Shown: positions 37,458-47,227 of the stretch, in pieces
Layout of the letters: each line of letters begins with the position of its first letter
Numbering within the stretch: the first letter of the stretch is position 1
DNA from: Bacteroidota bacterium
Lineage (GTDB): Bacteria; Bacteroidota; Ignavibacteria; UBA10030; UBA6906
Length of the DNA stretch: 64,000 nt
NCBI GenBank assembly: GCA_019637975.1
Contig: JAHBUR010000004.1
Location: 32,209-96,208 of the forward strand
Reading direction: 5' to 3'
Notes under the pieces: model-generated
Seen by the model: the letters and a program-made list of their open reading frames with translations, nothing else
Told to the model about the DNA's origin: nothing
Databases searched by the model: none
Made by a program: the position numbers and the translations under genes

Positions 37458-37909
37458 GTGTTGTGTTGGTTCATGGTTCTGCGACCTCCCCCAACCCCCT
37501 CCTTATGTAAGGAGGGGGCAAGGGGGTGGTCGGCATCTTGCAAAGCAGAATGCCTCTCAATGGCACGATGTATCTTGTCTACGACTGCATCTACATTCCC
37601 TTCAACTTCCTCGTTGCGAAATCTTAAAAACCAAATATGAAACTGCTCAATGTACTTCTGCCGGTCACGGTCAGACTCTTGAGCCTCCGGGCCGTCGTGG
37701 CTCTCACCGTCAACTTCGATTGCGAGCTTCAGTTCAGGACAATAGAAGTCCAGAACAAAGGCACCAACGCTGAATTGACGCCGGAACTTGAACCCTCCGA
37801 GTTGCCGTCCTTTCAATTGTTGCCAGAGAATCCGTTCGGTGGCGGTCATGTTGTTGCGCAGGAATCGCCGTTTGGTCTTCTCGGAGGATCTGTTGTAGAA
37901 CAGGGTCAC
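37454..37909 (-). CDS. DUF559/Vsr-like endonuclease-domain protein with a C-terminal extension created by a palindromic element
   Basis: ILWQQLKGRQLGGFKFRRQ...VLDFYCPELKLAIEVDGESH is typical of DUF559. The tail ...PLAPSLHKEGVGGGRRT is encoded by element 37483..37533. Overlaps the hsdR stop and the hsdM start by 4 nt each. Confidence 0.7.
   Translation of the reverse strand: MTLFYNRSSEKTKRRFLRNNMTATERILWQQLKGRQLGGFKFRRQFSVGAFVLDFYCPELKLAIEVDGESHDGPEAQESDRDRQKYIEQFHIWFLRFRNEEVEGNVDAVVDKIHRAIERHSALQDADHPLAPSLHKEGVGGGRRTMNQHNT
37483..37533. repeat. 51-bp GC-rich compound palindrome, same family as 36099..36152, inside coding sequence
   Basis: cgacctcccccaaccccctccttatgtaaggagggggcaagggggtggtcgg. 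Confidence 0.75.
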
Positions 37910-40209
37910 GCCGCGCTCTTCGTAAACACAGTTTCATTCAAATCATTCACAACGTCTCTCAAGCCTTGCTCGCCAAACAACTCGATGCCCAGACCTGCGG
38001 CGTTGAGTATCGAAAGGGGCGGCTTGAACAGATCCTCCATATCCACTTTGCCTTTGGCAATGCCACGGTTCTTGAGAAGGGAAAGATATTGCGCCTGTTC
38101 GGGGGTGAGCGACTTCGTTACCAGCCACGCCTGGAAGTTCTCGACAATCTCTTCCTCGCGGCTTTTCACTTTTGACCCGCTAAGAACTTCCTTGATGAAA
38201 TCAATGAGCGTCCCCGCAGGCTTGCGGTATGCCCGCCTCAGGTTATCCTCGTTGAAGTACATCCTTGGCTGGTTCAGCCGTTGAGAAAGTTCGTTTTCCT
38301 CCTCTTGTGTCAAGGCATAGCGTTCACGTTCATCCTCGTTTGCCGCTTCGGCCTGTCTGCGAATCTTCTGGAGAATCGGATCATCGGGCGCCGTTTTCTT
38401 GATGGTGTCTTCCCACGTGGACTGATACTCGCGACGATCAATACGTTCTCCATTGATGCCCACTTCGACATACTCAACGCTGTAGAGCCATTCGTCCTGA
38501 AGGCCAAGCTCAACCAGCTCACGCGCTGTCTTGGGTCGTGATGGAGTCCCTCCGCCGGAATAGCCCCCGGTACCTGTGAATACATCCGTGTCGCTGTCAT
38601 TGAAATACTGATGATTCCCGAAGAAGTCATAGATAACAAACTTCCGCTTGTCAATCTTCGGGCATGTTCTTGTGCCGCGTCCCCGCATTTGCTGGTAGAG
38701 AATCGGTGACCGGACACGGCGGCACATCACCAGATGAAGAATCTCGCGGCAATCGAAGCCGGTGTCCAACATTCCAACGCTGACGGCTACCATCGGGTAC
38801 GTTTCGTTCTTGAACTTGCGAATCAGATCGTCGGCGTTCGGTATGTCGCTGGTAATGACTTCGGCATAGCGGCCCTTGAGATCGGGATGAAGACTGTTCA
38901 GGATCGCCGTAAGTCGTGCGGCATGATTCTTTGTAATTGCAAAGACCACAGATTTCCCCGGACCGACCTGCTGTCCGGGGGCAAGCTCTTGGTAGTTCTG
39001 CCACGCGAGTCTGTCGAACTCTTCCATCATGAGACGGTTGGACTTTTCGTTCGTCCACTTCTTCTCAAATTCGGCGGGGTCGTAATGTTCTTCGTCGACA
39101 TCCGCACCCTTTGCAAGGATAACGGTAATCCCTTCAGCGAATTTGTATGGCGCCAGATAGCCGTCTTTGAAGGCGTCTTGAATTCTGAAAGAGAAGTCAG
39201 GCTCTTCGTTCTTACAGTTGTAGAACTGGAACGTATTCCGCTCAATGTACATTGCCGGAGTTGCGGTAAGTCCGATATGCAGAGCATCGAAATGGGTCAG
39301 GGCCGTTTGCCATGCGCCATAGATTGAGCGGTGGCACTCGTCCGCAACAACGACATCAAAGTACCCGCTCGAAAAATCCTGGTAGCGTGAGGTCATCGTC
39401 TGCAAGAGGCAAACGGTGATTTGTTGCTCCTGCCGCTCGCCACCCGATTTCAGCCAGTAGCTGCCGTGAGTGGTCAGCAAGTCCTGCAGCGCTTCAAGAG
39501 CCTGTTTCGCAAGCTGCTCCCGGTCAACAAGGAAGAGAATTCTCTCAGCGCGTCCGGCTTCGATCAGCCGTTTCAGGTACAGCGCGACAAGATCGGTCTT
39601 TCCGGTTCCGGTCGGAAGCTCAATAAGGAACCGTCGCTTACCAAGCTCCACAGCATGGTCAAGCGCTTGCATCGCCTCCTTCTGGTAGCTCCGAACCTCC
39701 CGTTGCTCACCCTGTCTGATGTAGAAATCCGGAATGGGAATCGTTGCGAGCGGCTTTCTCTCTTCACGAAGGTGGAGAATCTTTTCAAGATCCCTCTGCG
39801 AGAAAAACGAATTGACGATACGGGCATCATCATTCGTGTAGTCCCAGAAGTAGATCAGTTCGCCATTCGTCAGGAAAATGAACGGGGCATTCAGACTCTT
39901 GGCATAAGGCAGGGCCTGCTGCTTTGCAATGTAGGGGTGAAGGGCTTCTTTCTTCGCTTCGATAACGGCAAGCGGGCGACCGTTTTGCCCGCAAAGGACA
40001 TAGTCTGCAAAACCGGTTGGGTGTGCAGAGGAAAAATCCGCTGGCCTGGCAGCCGGTGTAGGGTTATAGCCCGGCGTCGGCTCCGCCACGTTCTGCGAGC
40101 CAAAAATCGGGACCTGAGTCCGAACTTGTTGCTTGTCGTTCAGGTCCCAACCAACAGCTTTGAGTTGTTCGTCTATCTTGATGCGAGCGTCTTGTTCAGA
40201 TGGAGACAT
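37906..40209 (-). CDS. hsdR: Type I restriction enzyme R subunit (SF2 helicase-nuclease), short form, 767 aa
   Basis: N-terminal PD-(D/E)xK-like VIEAKK. Helicase motif I ELPTGTGKT and motif II VVADECHRS. AGGGGA SD before the ATG. Confidence 0.8.
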   Translation of the reverse strand: MSPSEQDARIKIDEQLKAVGWDLNDKQQVRTQVPIFGSQNVAEPTPGYNPTPAARPADFSSAHPTGFADYVLCGQNGRPLAVIEAKKEALHPYIAKQQALPYAKSLNAPFIFLTNGELIYFWDYTNDDARIVNSFFSQRDLEKILHLREERKPLATIPIPDFYIRQGEQREVRSYQKEAMQALDHAVELGKRRFLIELPTGTGKTDLVALYLKRLIEAGRAERILFLVDREQLAKQALEALQDLLTTHGSYWLKSGGERQEQQITVCLLQTMTSRYQDFSSGYFDVVVADECHRSIYGAWQTALTHFDALHIGLTATPAMYIERNTFQFYNCKNEEPDFSFRIQDAFKDGYLAPYKFAEGITVILAKGADVDEEHYDPAEFEKKWTNEKSNRLMMEEFDRLAWQNYQELAPGQQVGPGKSVVFAITKNHAARLTAILNSLHPDLKGRYAEVITSDIPNADDLIRKFKNETYPMVAVSVGMLDTGFDCREILHLVMCRRVRSPILYQQMRGRGTRTCPKIDKRKFVIYDFFGNHQYFNDSDTDVFTGTGGYSGGGTPSRPKTARELVELGLQDEWLYSVEYVEVGINGERIDRREYQSTWEDTIKKTAPDDPILQKIRRQAEAANEDERERYALTQEEENELSQRLNQPRMYFNEDNLRRAYRKPAGTLIDFIKEVLSGSKVKSREEEIVENFQAWLVTKSLTPEQAQYLSLLKNRGIAKGKVDMEDLFKPPLSILNAAGLGIELFGEQGLRDVVNDLNETVFTKSAA

Positions 40210-40240
40210 TCCCCTGATTGCTCCCGTATGTTAGTGATGT

Positions 40241-40531
40241 TCACGTTCCGCAAGTTCTCGATACGTTGGCTGAGACGAGGGCTATCGAGTCACTCACGGT
40301 CAACGACATTCCGGTCTCTGCATTGTGCTTCTGGCACAACGGAATAATATACCAACTATTATCGGTTGAACCATCCTTTTGCACGTGTGCACCAACTTCG
40401 GGTTTCCTTGTGCACGTTTGCTCGGGACAGTAGGCTGGAAGTGATTGGCCGCCGTAATTCTTCCAGTGCGCCAACCAACTTCCGCATTTGCAGGTATTTT
40501 GGCTTGTGCCGTTGATGTTCTTTACTTTCAT
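40241..40531 (-). CDS. small Cys-rich (putative zinc-ribbon) protein
   Basis: 96 aa with CKCGSW...CPEQTC...PLCQKHN. Lies between the regulator and hsdR in the same orientation. Confidence 0.4.
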   Translation of the reverse strand: MKVKNINGTSQNTCKCGSWLAHWKNYGGQSLPAYCPEQTCTRKPEVGAHVQKDGSTDNSWYIIPLCQKHNAETGMSLTVSDSIALVSANVSRTCGT

Positions 40532-40636
40532 GGGATTGGCTCCCCTTGTTGTTGTACATAGTTAGCTTGCCAATCCAAGATAATGCACGAGCTGAACCCG
40601 CAGATTGCGACAATGTTGTGGCAATGTTCGCAGGAC

Positions 40637-41614
40637 TCACTTGGTGATTCTAATCTTGTGCGACGGCATCTGTAATCCATAGAAGAGAGCGTGCCGTTTT
40701 CCTTCGGTCGTGACCATCAAGAGTTTCTGTAGTGCCGGGTTCTTTAGAGCATTTTTGATCTTCGTGTTCAACTTCACAATGTTGGCCCGGAAAGTCCCGA
40801 CGCTGAGATCATTTCTTGCCGATAGCATGCGTTCAAGCTTGTCACGGAACAACTCAGATTCCGGAAAGCTCTCGCGGTGGAAGGTCACGACCTTCTCCAA
40901 GAAATGGCGGGGAACTGCAATTCCTGAAAAGCGCTCGAACTCTTGAGCATTGCGGTCCCGCTCGGCAAAATAGCGGTAGTAAGAGAACTCTATGGGGGAG
41001 AAACGAATCTCTATACCGCCGACAAGCACCCTTCCTTTTGACACTTCTATTTTCAATTCCGGAACAAGATCGAGCTTTTCCTTCTTAAGAAACTCGTTCT
41101 CCTGCTCAAGCCTGATGATCCGTGGTAACCCCGTTCCAAGTCGGATCGGTGTTACGGGAGCCTTGCCGAATCGTGGTTCATTACTGCGGATAAGCTCCAA
41201 AGGAAAGTCCCCCGACTCCGCCATCAATATCCAGCATACTTGCATCGCAGGTGTGCCGGAAGCTATTGCGGCGGTGAACTTCTTGCTTTCAGCCGGCCCC
41301 AAGGAATTACAGAAAGCAAGAAGCTTCGGATAAATCTCGTTGTGGTCGGTCACATCATCACAGTCAAAACGGTGGAGCTTGACTGTGTCACAATGGCCTC
41401 GGTTGACGATCTCATCTCTGACATATTTCGCGATATGTTCAAATGAAAGGTTCTTTGCCTCGCTAGTGTTCCAAATGAGGTGTACTTCTTCAAATTGTCT
41501 CTTCTTGAAAATGGTAAGGATCGCGCCATCGGAATCCCCTTTTAGTTTCCCGGCATCATTGGTCCCGACAAATGACAACAACACTCGCTTGAGTTTGACT
41601 CTCTTCATCGTCAT
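40637..41614 (-). CDS. CARF-like N-terminal domain plus C-terminal HTH regulator candidate (325 aa)
   Basis: The N-terminus VLLSFVGTNDAGK resembles the RtcR/Csa3 CARF beta1-loop (..GFLGT.D.G). The C-terminal helical region is DNA-binding-like. Weak evidence. Confidence 0.35.
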   Translation of the reverse strand: MTMKRVKLKRVLLSFVGTNDAGKLKGDSDGAILTIFKKRQFEEVHLIWNTSEAKNLSFEHIAKYVRDEIVNRGHCDTVKLHRFDCDDVTDHNEIYPKLLAFCNSLGPAESKKFTAAIASGTPAMQVCWILMAESGDFPLELIRSNEPRFGKAPVTPIRLGTGLPRIIRLEQENEFLKKEKLDLVPELKIEVSKGRVLVGGIEIRFSPIEFSYYRYFAERDRNAQEFERFSGIAVPRHFLEKVVTFHRESFPESELFRDKLERMLSARNDLSVGTFRANIVKLNTKIKNALKNPALQKLLMVTTEGKRHALFYGLQMPSHKIRITK

Positions 41615-41938
41615 GACAGTACATACTCCATCAGGGCAGGTGTATGCGGTTTTCTTGAATGAACAGTGAGCATCCTACATGTATCAGGTCTTTTGTGCCA
41701 AATCAACGACCGCATAATGCACGGTCACAATGAACATATGTACGCTCTCAACGTACGGCACCTCGCCCTGTCTTCGAGATGGGTAACACTTGTAGATATT
41801 GTTGTCCGCATACCTGGTAATGCGGACGGTAGGGGAGACAAAAATCCCTGCTAAACGATAGGAAAAGCAGGTGAGATTTTCAAGTTATTTCCCCGGGTCG
41901 CAGTGGACTCACCTCCATAGCAACGGAGATTGCAGCTA

Positions 41939-42631
41939 TTACAGATTGTCGAGAAGTCCCCGGTAGCCTTTGCCGATGGGAATGGATATTCCGTTCACTT
42001 CCACTTTTTCAGCCGTATAGGAATCAATCTTACCGATCGAAACAATGAAAGAACGGTGAATGCGTTTGAAGAGACCCGCTGGCAACAGGCGTTCGATTTC
42101 ATGCGTACTCATCTTGGTAACGTATTCGTTTTTTGCAGTAACAATCTTGACGTATTCCCGCTGACTTTCGATGTAGACGATTTCCGGGAAGAGGATTTTC
42201 ACCTTCTTGTTTTTCACATTCACGAACAGATGTTCTTTTGTTTCGAGGGCAGCTTCAGGTCGCAGCCTTTCCCGCAACGCTGTTCTCGCTTTGTTGGCAG
42301 CAACAAGGAACCGTTCAAAATCGAACGGCTTCAGCAAGTAATCCGTGACGTTCAGATTGAACCCCTCCACGGCATATTGGTGATACGCAGTCGTGACAAT
42401 GACGAGCGGCGGGTGTTTGAGGGCTCTCAGGAAGGCGAACCCCTTCAGCTTTGGCAGATGAATATCCAGGAACATCACATCGACGGGATTCTCCTGCAGG
42501 TACTCGTTTGCGTAGATCGCATCCTTGAACGTTCCCTGCAGTTCGAGGAACGGCACCTGCGAGATGTACTCCGCCAGGATTTTGACCGCCAACGGCTCGT
42601 CTTCTACGATGATGCATTTCAACTTAGACAT
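41939..42631 (-). CDS. LytTR-family response regulator
   Basis: REC domain (IIVEDEPLA...DVMFLDIHLP) plus a C-terminal LytTR domain (VKILFPEIVYIESQREYVKIVT). Overlaps the HK stop. Confidence 0.85.
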   Translation of the reverse strand: MSKLKCIIVEDEPLAVKILAEYISQVPFLELQGTFKDAIYANEYLQENPVDVMFLDIHLPKLKGFAFLRALKHPPLVIVTTAYHQYAVEGFNLNVTDYLLKPFDFERFLVAANKARTALRERLRPEAALETKEHLFVNVKNKKVKILFPEIVYIESQREYVKIVTAKNEYVTKMSTHEIERLLPAGLFKRIHRSFIVSIGKIDSYTAEKVEVNGISIPIGKGYRGLLDNL

Positions 42632-43676
42632 GGGTCGCAAGGTTGATGGTGAGTGTTGCGGTAAAGGACGATTCGTTCTGATGCACAGAAAGATCGAATT
42701 CGCTGTACAACAATTCCAGTTGGCGTCTGAGGTTTGAGAGGCCGATCCGTTCGTTCACCTCCGGTTTCTGCGAAGAACCCTCAAGAGAGTTTTTCACCAC
42801 GAACGTGAGCCGCCGCTGATTCACAGAGAGATGTATATCAACAAACGGATGATTCCGGGTTTCCGAGACACCGTGCTTGAACGCATTCTCCACGAGAGGA
42901 ATCAGCAACAACGGCGGCAGGGCCTGCTTCACATCCTCCACGTCATGACTGAAACTGACATGCAATGAATCATCGTAGCGCAATTGTTCAAGGGCGATGT
43001 AGTCATTGATGATCTTCACTTCATGCTCTACCGGCACAAACTCCCCCTTGGTTTCATAGAGCATGTAGCGCAATATCTTGGACAGACGTACGATGGATTC
43101 GGCAGTCAGGTCGGACTTGTCTTTCGCCAACGAGTAGATATTGTTCAGCGTGTTGAAGAGAAAGTGGGGGTTGGTTTGTGACTTGAGGTAGTTCAGTTCG
43201 GCCTGTTGTTTTTCGATGCGGAGTTGCTGCGCGGCATGTTTCAGCTTGTTGTGCTCAAAGAAATGCCGCGCAGTACCGAAAATGATCAGCGACAGGAAAG
43301 CAAAGGGGAAGCCGTAGCTGACTCCCTCCATTATTGAATCGAATGTCCTCAACTCGACGTAGAGGTGCAGTCGTATTCCGATAGATCTCCAGGCATACAC
43401 ACCGAATGAGTACAGCATCAACTGGAGCCACACTGCAATCAGGAACAGGGGGATTTTGAACACAAGGCGATTCCTCCGGCGGATGAATGCGAGGGTGTAC
43501 TCGTAGAAGAGGTAATTGATGACGAGAATAAAGCATCCCCGCCAGAAATTATTCAGCACCCTGGCCGGAAAGTGTCCCCCGAAGGTTCCCACGTCAACCA
43601 CTACGCCCAATGCAACATACGCAAGGGCAACCCAAAGATAGAACCGTACCCGTTCTTTGTCGATTGGCATTATCAT
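42624..43676 (-). CDS. LytS/YehU-type sensor histidine kinase
   Basis: His_kinase family motif TNPHFLFNTLNNIYSLA, an HATPase_c region, and a multi-TM N-terminal domain. The ORF extends to 43787; the start at MIMPIDKERV is preferred. Confidence 0.8.
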   Translation of the reverse strand: MIMPIDKERVRFYLWVALAYVALGVVVDVGTFGGHFPARVLNNFWRGCFILVINYLFYEYTLAFIRRRNRLVFKIPLFLIAVWLQLMLYSFGVYAWRSIGIRLHLYVELRTFDSIMEGVSYGFPFAFLSLIIFGTARHFFEHNKLKHAAQQLRIEKQQAELNYLKSQTNPHFLFNTLNNIYSLAKDKSDLTAESIVRLSKILRYMLYETKGEFVPVEHEVKIINDYIALEQLRYDDSLHVSFSHDVEDVKQALPPLLLIPLVENAFKHGVSETRNHPFVDIHLSVNQRRLTFVVKNSLEGSSQKPEVNERIGLSNLRRQLELLYSEFDLSVHQNESSFTATLTINLATHV

Positions 43677-43915
43677 TTCATGCGGTGCAGGTGTTGTCAC
43701 AAGATCGCTAAAATCCCGTTCTTTTGTCAGAGTGCAGTCTACGGAATGCCCTTCTTTATCTACAGAATACCCGGAGAGGTCAATCAAAAAACCGGCGGAA
43801 TGCCGTATCCTGTACCGGGCACGATTCCCAGCTGCCTTTCAGGATGTGTCGCGCGGACTGTTCACAAAATGCCGCGACACATCACAACAAACAAAAAATT
43901 CGAAAGGACTACAAC

Positions 43916-45550
43916 ATGCTGAACATGGCGCGACTCTGCTTCCTTGTTGCCGGAATATTTCTCACGGGGCGGTCATTGGCGGCGGTAGGGACTGAATCCA
44001 GCCTCGTCACCGCCGGCTGGCTTGAAACAAACCGCAAGAATACCGTCTTGGTATTGCTCGATGCTTCGCCTTCCCACATCTACAAGCATAAACATATTCC
44101 CGGGGCGATACACTTCGACATCTTCACGTATGGCGTTCATGAACTGCCCGTCGCCGAGATCGAAAGGCGCTTTCAGTCATGGGGTATCAGTCGGGACAGG
44201 AAAATTGTCGTGTACGATCAGGGTGGTACGTTCCTGGCCACACGACTTTTCTTCTTCCTCGAGCAATACGGATTTCCAGCGGAAGATATTTTCGTCCTGA
44301 ACGGCGGACTCTCCAAGTGGCAAGAGGCAGGGCTGCCGGTGACGAGCGAACCGGCACAGCTTCCGAACAACGGTTCCTTCACGATTACGAAGATCAATGA
44401 AGAAGTACGATGCGACCTGCCGGAATTCCTCGGCGCCGCGGGAGACACCCGCGGCAATGTTCTGCTGGATGCGCTCGATCCCGGCTGGCATTTCGGCGGC
44501 ACGCAATTCTTCAGCAAACCCGGCCACATCCCCCATTCCATCATGCTGCCCGCCGCCGATTTCTTCAATACCGACAAGACGTTCAAGTCCGCCAGCGAAA
44601 TAGAGAAGATGCTCACGTACTTCGGCATCAGTCCCAAGCAGCATATCTACTCGCATTGCGGAGGCGGCATCGCCGCGAGTGTCCCCTATTTTGCACTGAA
44701 GTTCCTGCTTGACTATCCGCACGTGAAGCTGTATCCGGGCTCGCAGCTCGAATGGATTGCCGACGAACGCGATCTCCCCTTTTGGACCTATGCCGCACCA
44801 TACCTGATGCGGGAAGCAAGCTGGTTGCAGAGTTGGGGTGGCAAGATGTTCAGGATGTACGGGATTTCAAAGGTCAGTATCGTGGATGTGCGACCGGTGG
44901 AGGCGTTCCAAAAGTCGCATGTGCCGTTCGCAATCAACGTCCCTGCTGACGTGTTCAGAACCAATATCAACACTCCGCGCACGCTTGGAGAAACCCTTGG
45001 CCGGGCAGGCGTTAACGCATCATTTGAAGCGCTGGTATTTTCGGGGGCGGGATTGACTAAAGACGCGGCTCTCGCATTCGTCTTGCTGGAAAAGTTGGGC
45101 CACAAGAAAATTTCTGTCTTCACCGACTCAATGGAGAAATGGGCGGCACGCGGATTTCCCGTGGAGAAGGATACGGCAACCGGAAGCGAGAAAAAGGCAC
45201 AAGACGCCTCTGCTGCATCCGGGGCCTACACAGTACATCTTCAGAACGGCATTCTCATCACGGACGTGAAGAGTACTTCGGGTGTCTATCCCAAAGTGCT
45301 GATCGCTTCGGGCAAGGATGTGCCCGCCAAGGCGCCGGACGGCAAACTTGTTCACGTTCCCTACACGGATCTGCTGAACCCGGATGGCACACCCAAAGCA
45401 GCAAAGGACATCTGGGATATTCTGAGCAAGGCCGGTGTGCCGAGGTATGCCGAACTAGTCTGTTTTTCCAAAGATCCAGGCGAAGCAGCAGTCAACTACT
45501 TCGTGTTGAAACTCATGGGCTACCCTGATGTGAAAGTCTTGGTGAAGTAA
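43916..45550 (+). CDS. multi-rhodanese-domain sulfurtransferase, secreted or periplasmic
   Basis: Signal-like N-terminus, three rhodanese-like modules and a catalytic loop SHCGGGIAAS. The 43724 ORF start gives a junk N-terminal extension. Confidence 0.7.
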   Translation: MLNMARLCFLVAGIFLTGRSLAAVGTESSLVTAGWLETNRKNTVLVLLDASPSHIYKHKHIPGAIHFDIFTYGVHELPVAEIERRFQSWGISRDRKIVVYDQGGTFLATRLFFFLEQYGFPAEDIFVLNGGLSKWQEAGLPVTSEPAQLPNNGSFTITKINEEVRCDLPEFLGAAGDTRGNVLLDALDPGWHFGGTQFFSKPGHIPHSIMLPAADFFNTDKTFKSASEIEKMLTYFGISPKQHIYSHCGGGIAASVPYFALKFLLDYPHVKLYPGSQLEWIADERDLPFWTYAAPYLMREASWLQSWGGKMFRMYGISKVSIVDVRPVEAFQKSHVPFAINVPADVFRTNINTPRTLGETLGRAGVNASFEALVFSGAGLTKDAALAFVLLEKLGHKKISVFTDSMEKWAARGFPVEKDTATGSEKKAQDASAASGAYTVHLQNGILITDVKSTSGVYPKVLIASGKDVPAKAPDGKLVHVPYTDLLNPDGTPKAAKDIWDILSKAGVPRYAELVCFSKDPGEAAVNYFVLKLMGYPDVKVLVK

Positions 45551-45652
45551 CCGCGGCACAACGCTGACGTACAATATCGGACACGCCATAGAATCAGATG
45601 CGAACACCAAAGCCGGTACTTGATTCCAGTCGATAGAACCATGAGGTGAGTT

Positions 45653-47071
45653 ATGTTCAAGAGCATCCTTCTCATATTCCTTCTGCTTTCGACTACTCCA
45701 CTATGCCATGCAGGCACCGGTGAGAACACGTCGCTCACGATAACACACTACACATGGGACATCACGCTTGATTATGACACACCTCTGCTGAGCGCTTCTT
45801 GCCAAATGAGTGTCAAGAACCTCTCAGAAACAGAAGTGGTTGAAATACCGATCCTTCTGTATAGACTGCTGCGTGTAACCTCAGTCACTGGAGACCATTC
45901 CGTGTCGTTGTCCTTCACGCAGCACATACAACCGTTTGAGGATTGGAATACAATGCATGTCAACGTTGTCCGTGTGAGACTGAAGCAAAGTCTGTTACCT
46001 CAGGAGACGACGAGCATCACTCTCATATATGAAGGCATCCTCCACGGATATGAGGAAACCGGCATGCTCTACGTCAGGGATAACATCAGTCCACAGTTTA
46101 CCATTCTTCGTCCCGACTGCAAAGCATATCCGGAACTTGGCTATCCTTCTGCCGCGACCAATCGGAGATTTCCAAGACAGAGTTTCGACTACAGGATTCG
46201 CGTTACCATCCCCGACTCATTAGTAGCAGTGAACGGTGGGGCATTCGTTTCGCGGGAAGACCGGAACGGACAATCGACATTTATGTTTACCAATCTCAAG
46301 AAAGCCTGGCGAATGGATGTGGCCATTGCGAAGTACAGAGAGCTTAGCGATGGGAAGATGAAGGTCTGTTACTTGGAAAAAGATTCAGTCGGTGCCACAA
46401 TGGTACTGCGGTACATGAAACGGACAATCGCCTTGTTCTCATCGTGGTGGGGGCCGCTCCGTGATTTTCAGAGTTTTTCAATCATAGAAATTCCTAATGG
46501 CTACGGCTCCCAGGCCGATGTGAGTTCAATACTGCAAACTGCAGCTGCTTTCAATGATTCAACGGAACTGCGACAGATGTATCACGAGCTATCTCATCTC
46601 TGGAATGTCAAGCTCAACGAAATCTCTCCTCGCTGGGAAGAAGGGTTGGCTTCCTTTGTTGAATACCTCACAATAGAGAAGCTCGAACATCGCGCTTATC
46701 TTGACTATGTCACCGCGTGGTATTTAGATCATTTCAAGAAGAAACTCTCCACCGACAAAGAACTCAGAATGACGCCGATGTGTGATTTCGGAGCTAAGGC
46801 CATGACCGACCATGCGTATTCCTTAGGCATGATTGCGTTTCGAGTGTTGTACGAAATTGTCGGCGAATCAAAATTCCACAGGATTGTCAGAGAATTATAC
46901 CAGCGCTACTCCGGTTCGGCCAGTACGACGAAAGCGTTTGCGAACTTGGCAAGCGAGGTGAGTAACGTGGATCTGTCAGGGTTTTTCAATGACTGGTTTT
47001 TCACGACCAATTATGTCTCTACCCTTGAGAAGGCAAACGATTTTTCAGGCATCGTACGCCATTATAAATGA
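45653..47071 (+). CDS. M1-family-like zinc metallopeptidase, secreted
   Basis: Signal peptide; HExxH zinc motif (MYHELSHLWN) with a downstream E (WEEGLASF). Confidence 0.65.
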   Translation: MFKSILLIFLLLSTTPLCHAGTGENTSLTITHYTWDITLDYDTPLLSASCQMSVKNLSETEVVEIPILLYRLLRVTSVTGDHSVSLSFTQHIQPFEDWNTMHVNVVRVRLKQSLLPQETTSITLIYEGILHGYEETGMLYVRDNISPQFTILRPDCKAYPELGYPSAATNRRFPRQSFDYRIRVTIPDSLVAVNGGAFVSREDRNGQSTFMFTNLKKAWRMDVAIAKYRELSDGKMKVCYLEKDSVGATMVLRYMKRTIALFSSWWGPLRDFQSFSIIEIPNGYGSQADVSSILQTAAAFNDSTELRQMYHELSHLWNVKLNEISPRWEEGLASFVEYLTIEKLEHRAYLDYVTAWYLDHFKKKLSTDKELRMTPMCDFGAKAMTDHAYSLGMIAFRVLYEIVGESKFHRIVRELYQRYSGSASTTKAFANLASEVSNVDLSGFFNDWFFTTNYVSTLEKANDFSGIVRHYK

Positions 47072-47227
47072 CTCTCGGTCAATGCGCGGTGGGGACGATT
47101 GCGGAAGCAATAAATCCAAGCGTGGACTATCTTCCATCCGAGCATACGCCGCTTTGAACGCGGCAAGAAGCCGCAACTTGCAGGTGGGATATGAAATATC
47201 CATCCTCCTTGTCGTCATAATGGCCAT

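Noticed and set aside
43724-43915. N-terminal 64-aa extension of the rhodanese ORF from 43724
   Set aside because: The extension overlaps the divergent HK gene start and promoter and has no signal or RBS. The internal ATG at 43916 gives a proper signal-peptide-like N-terminus.
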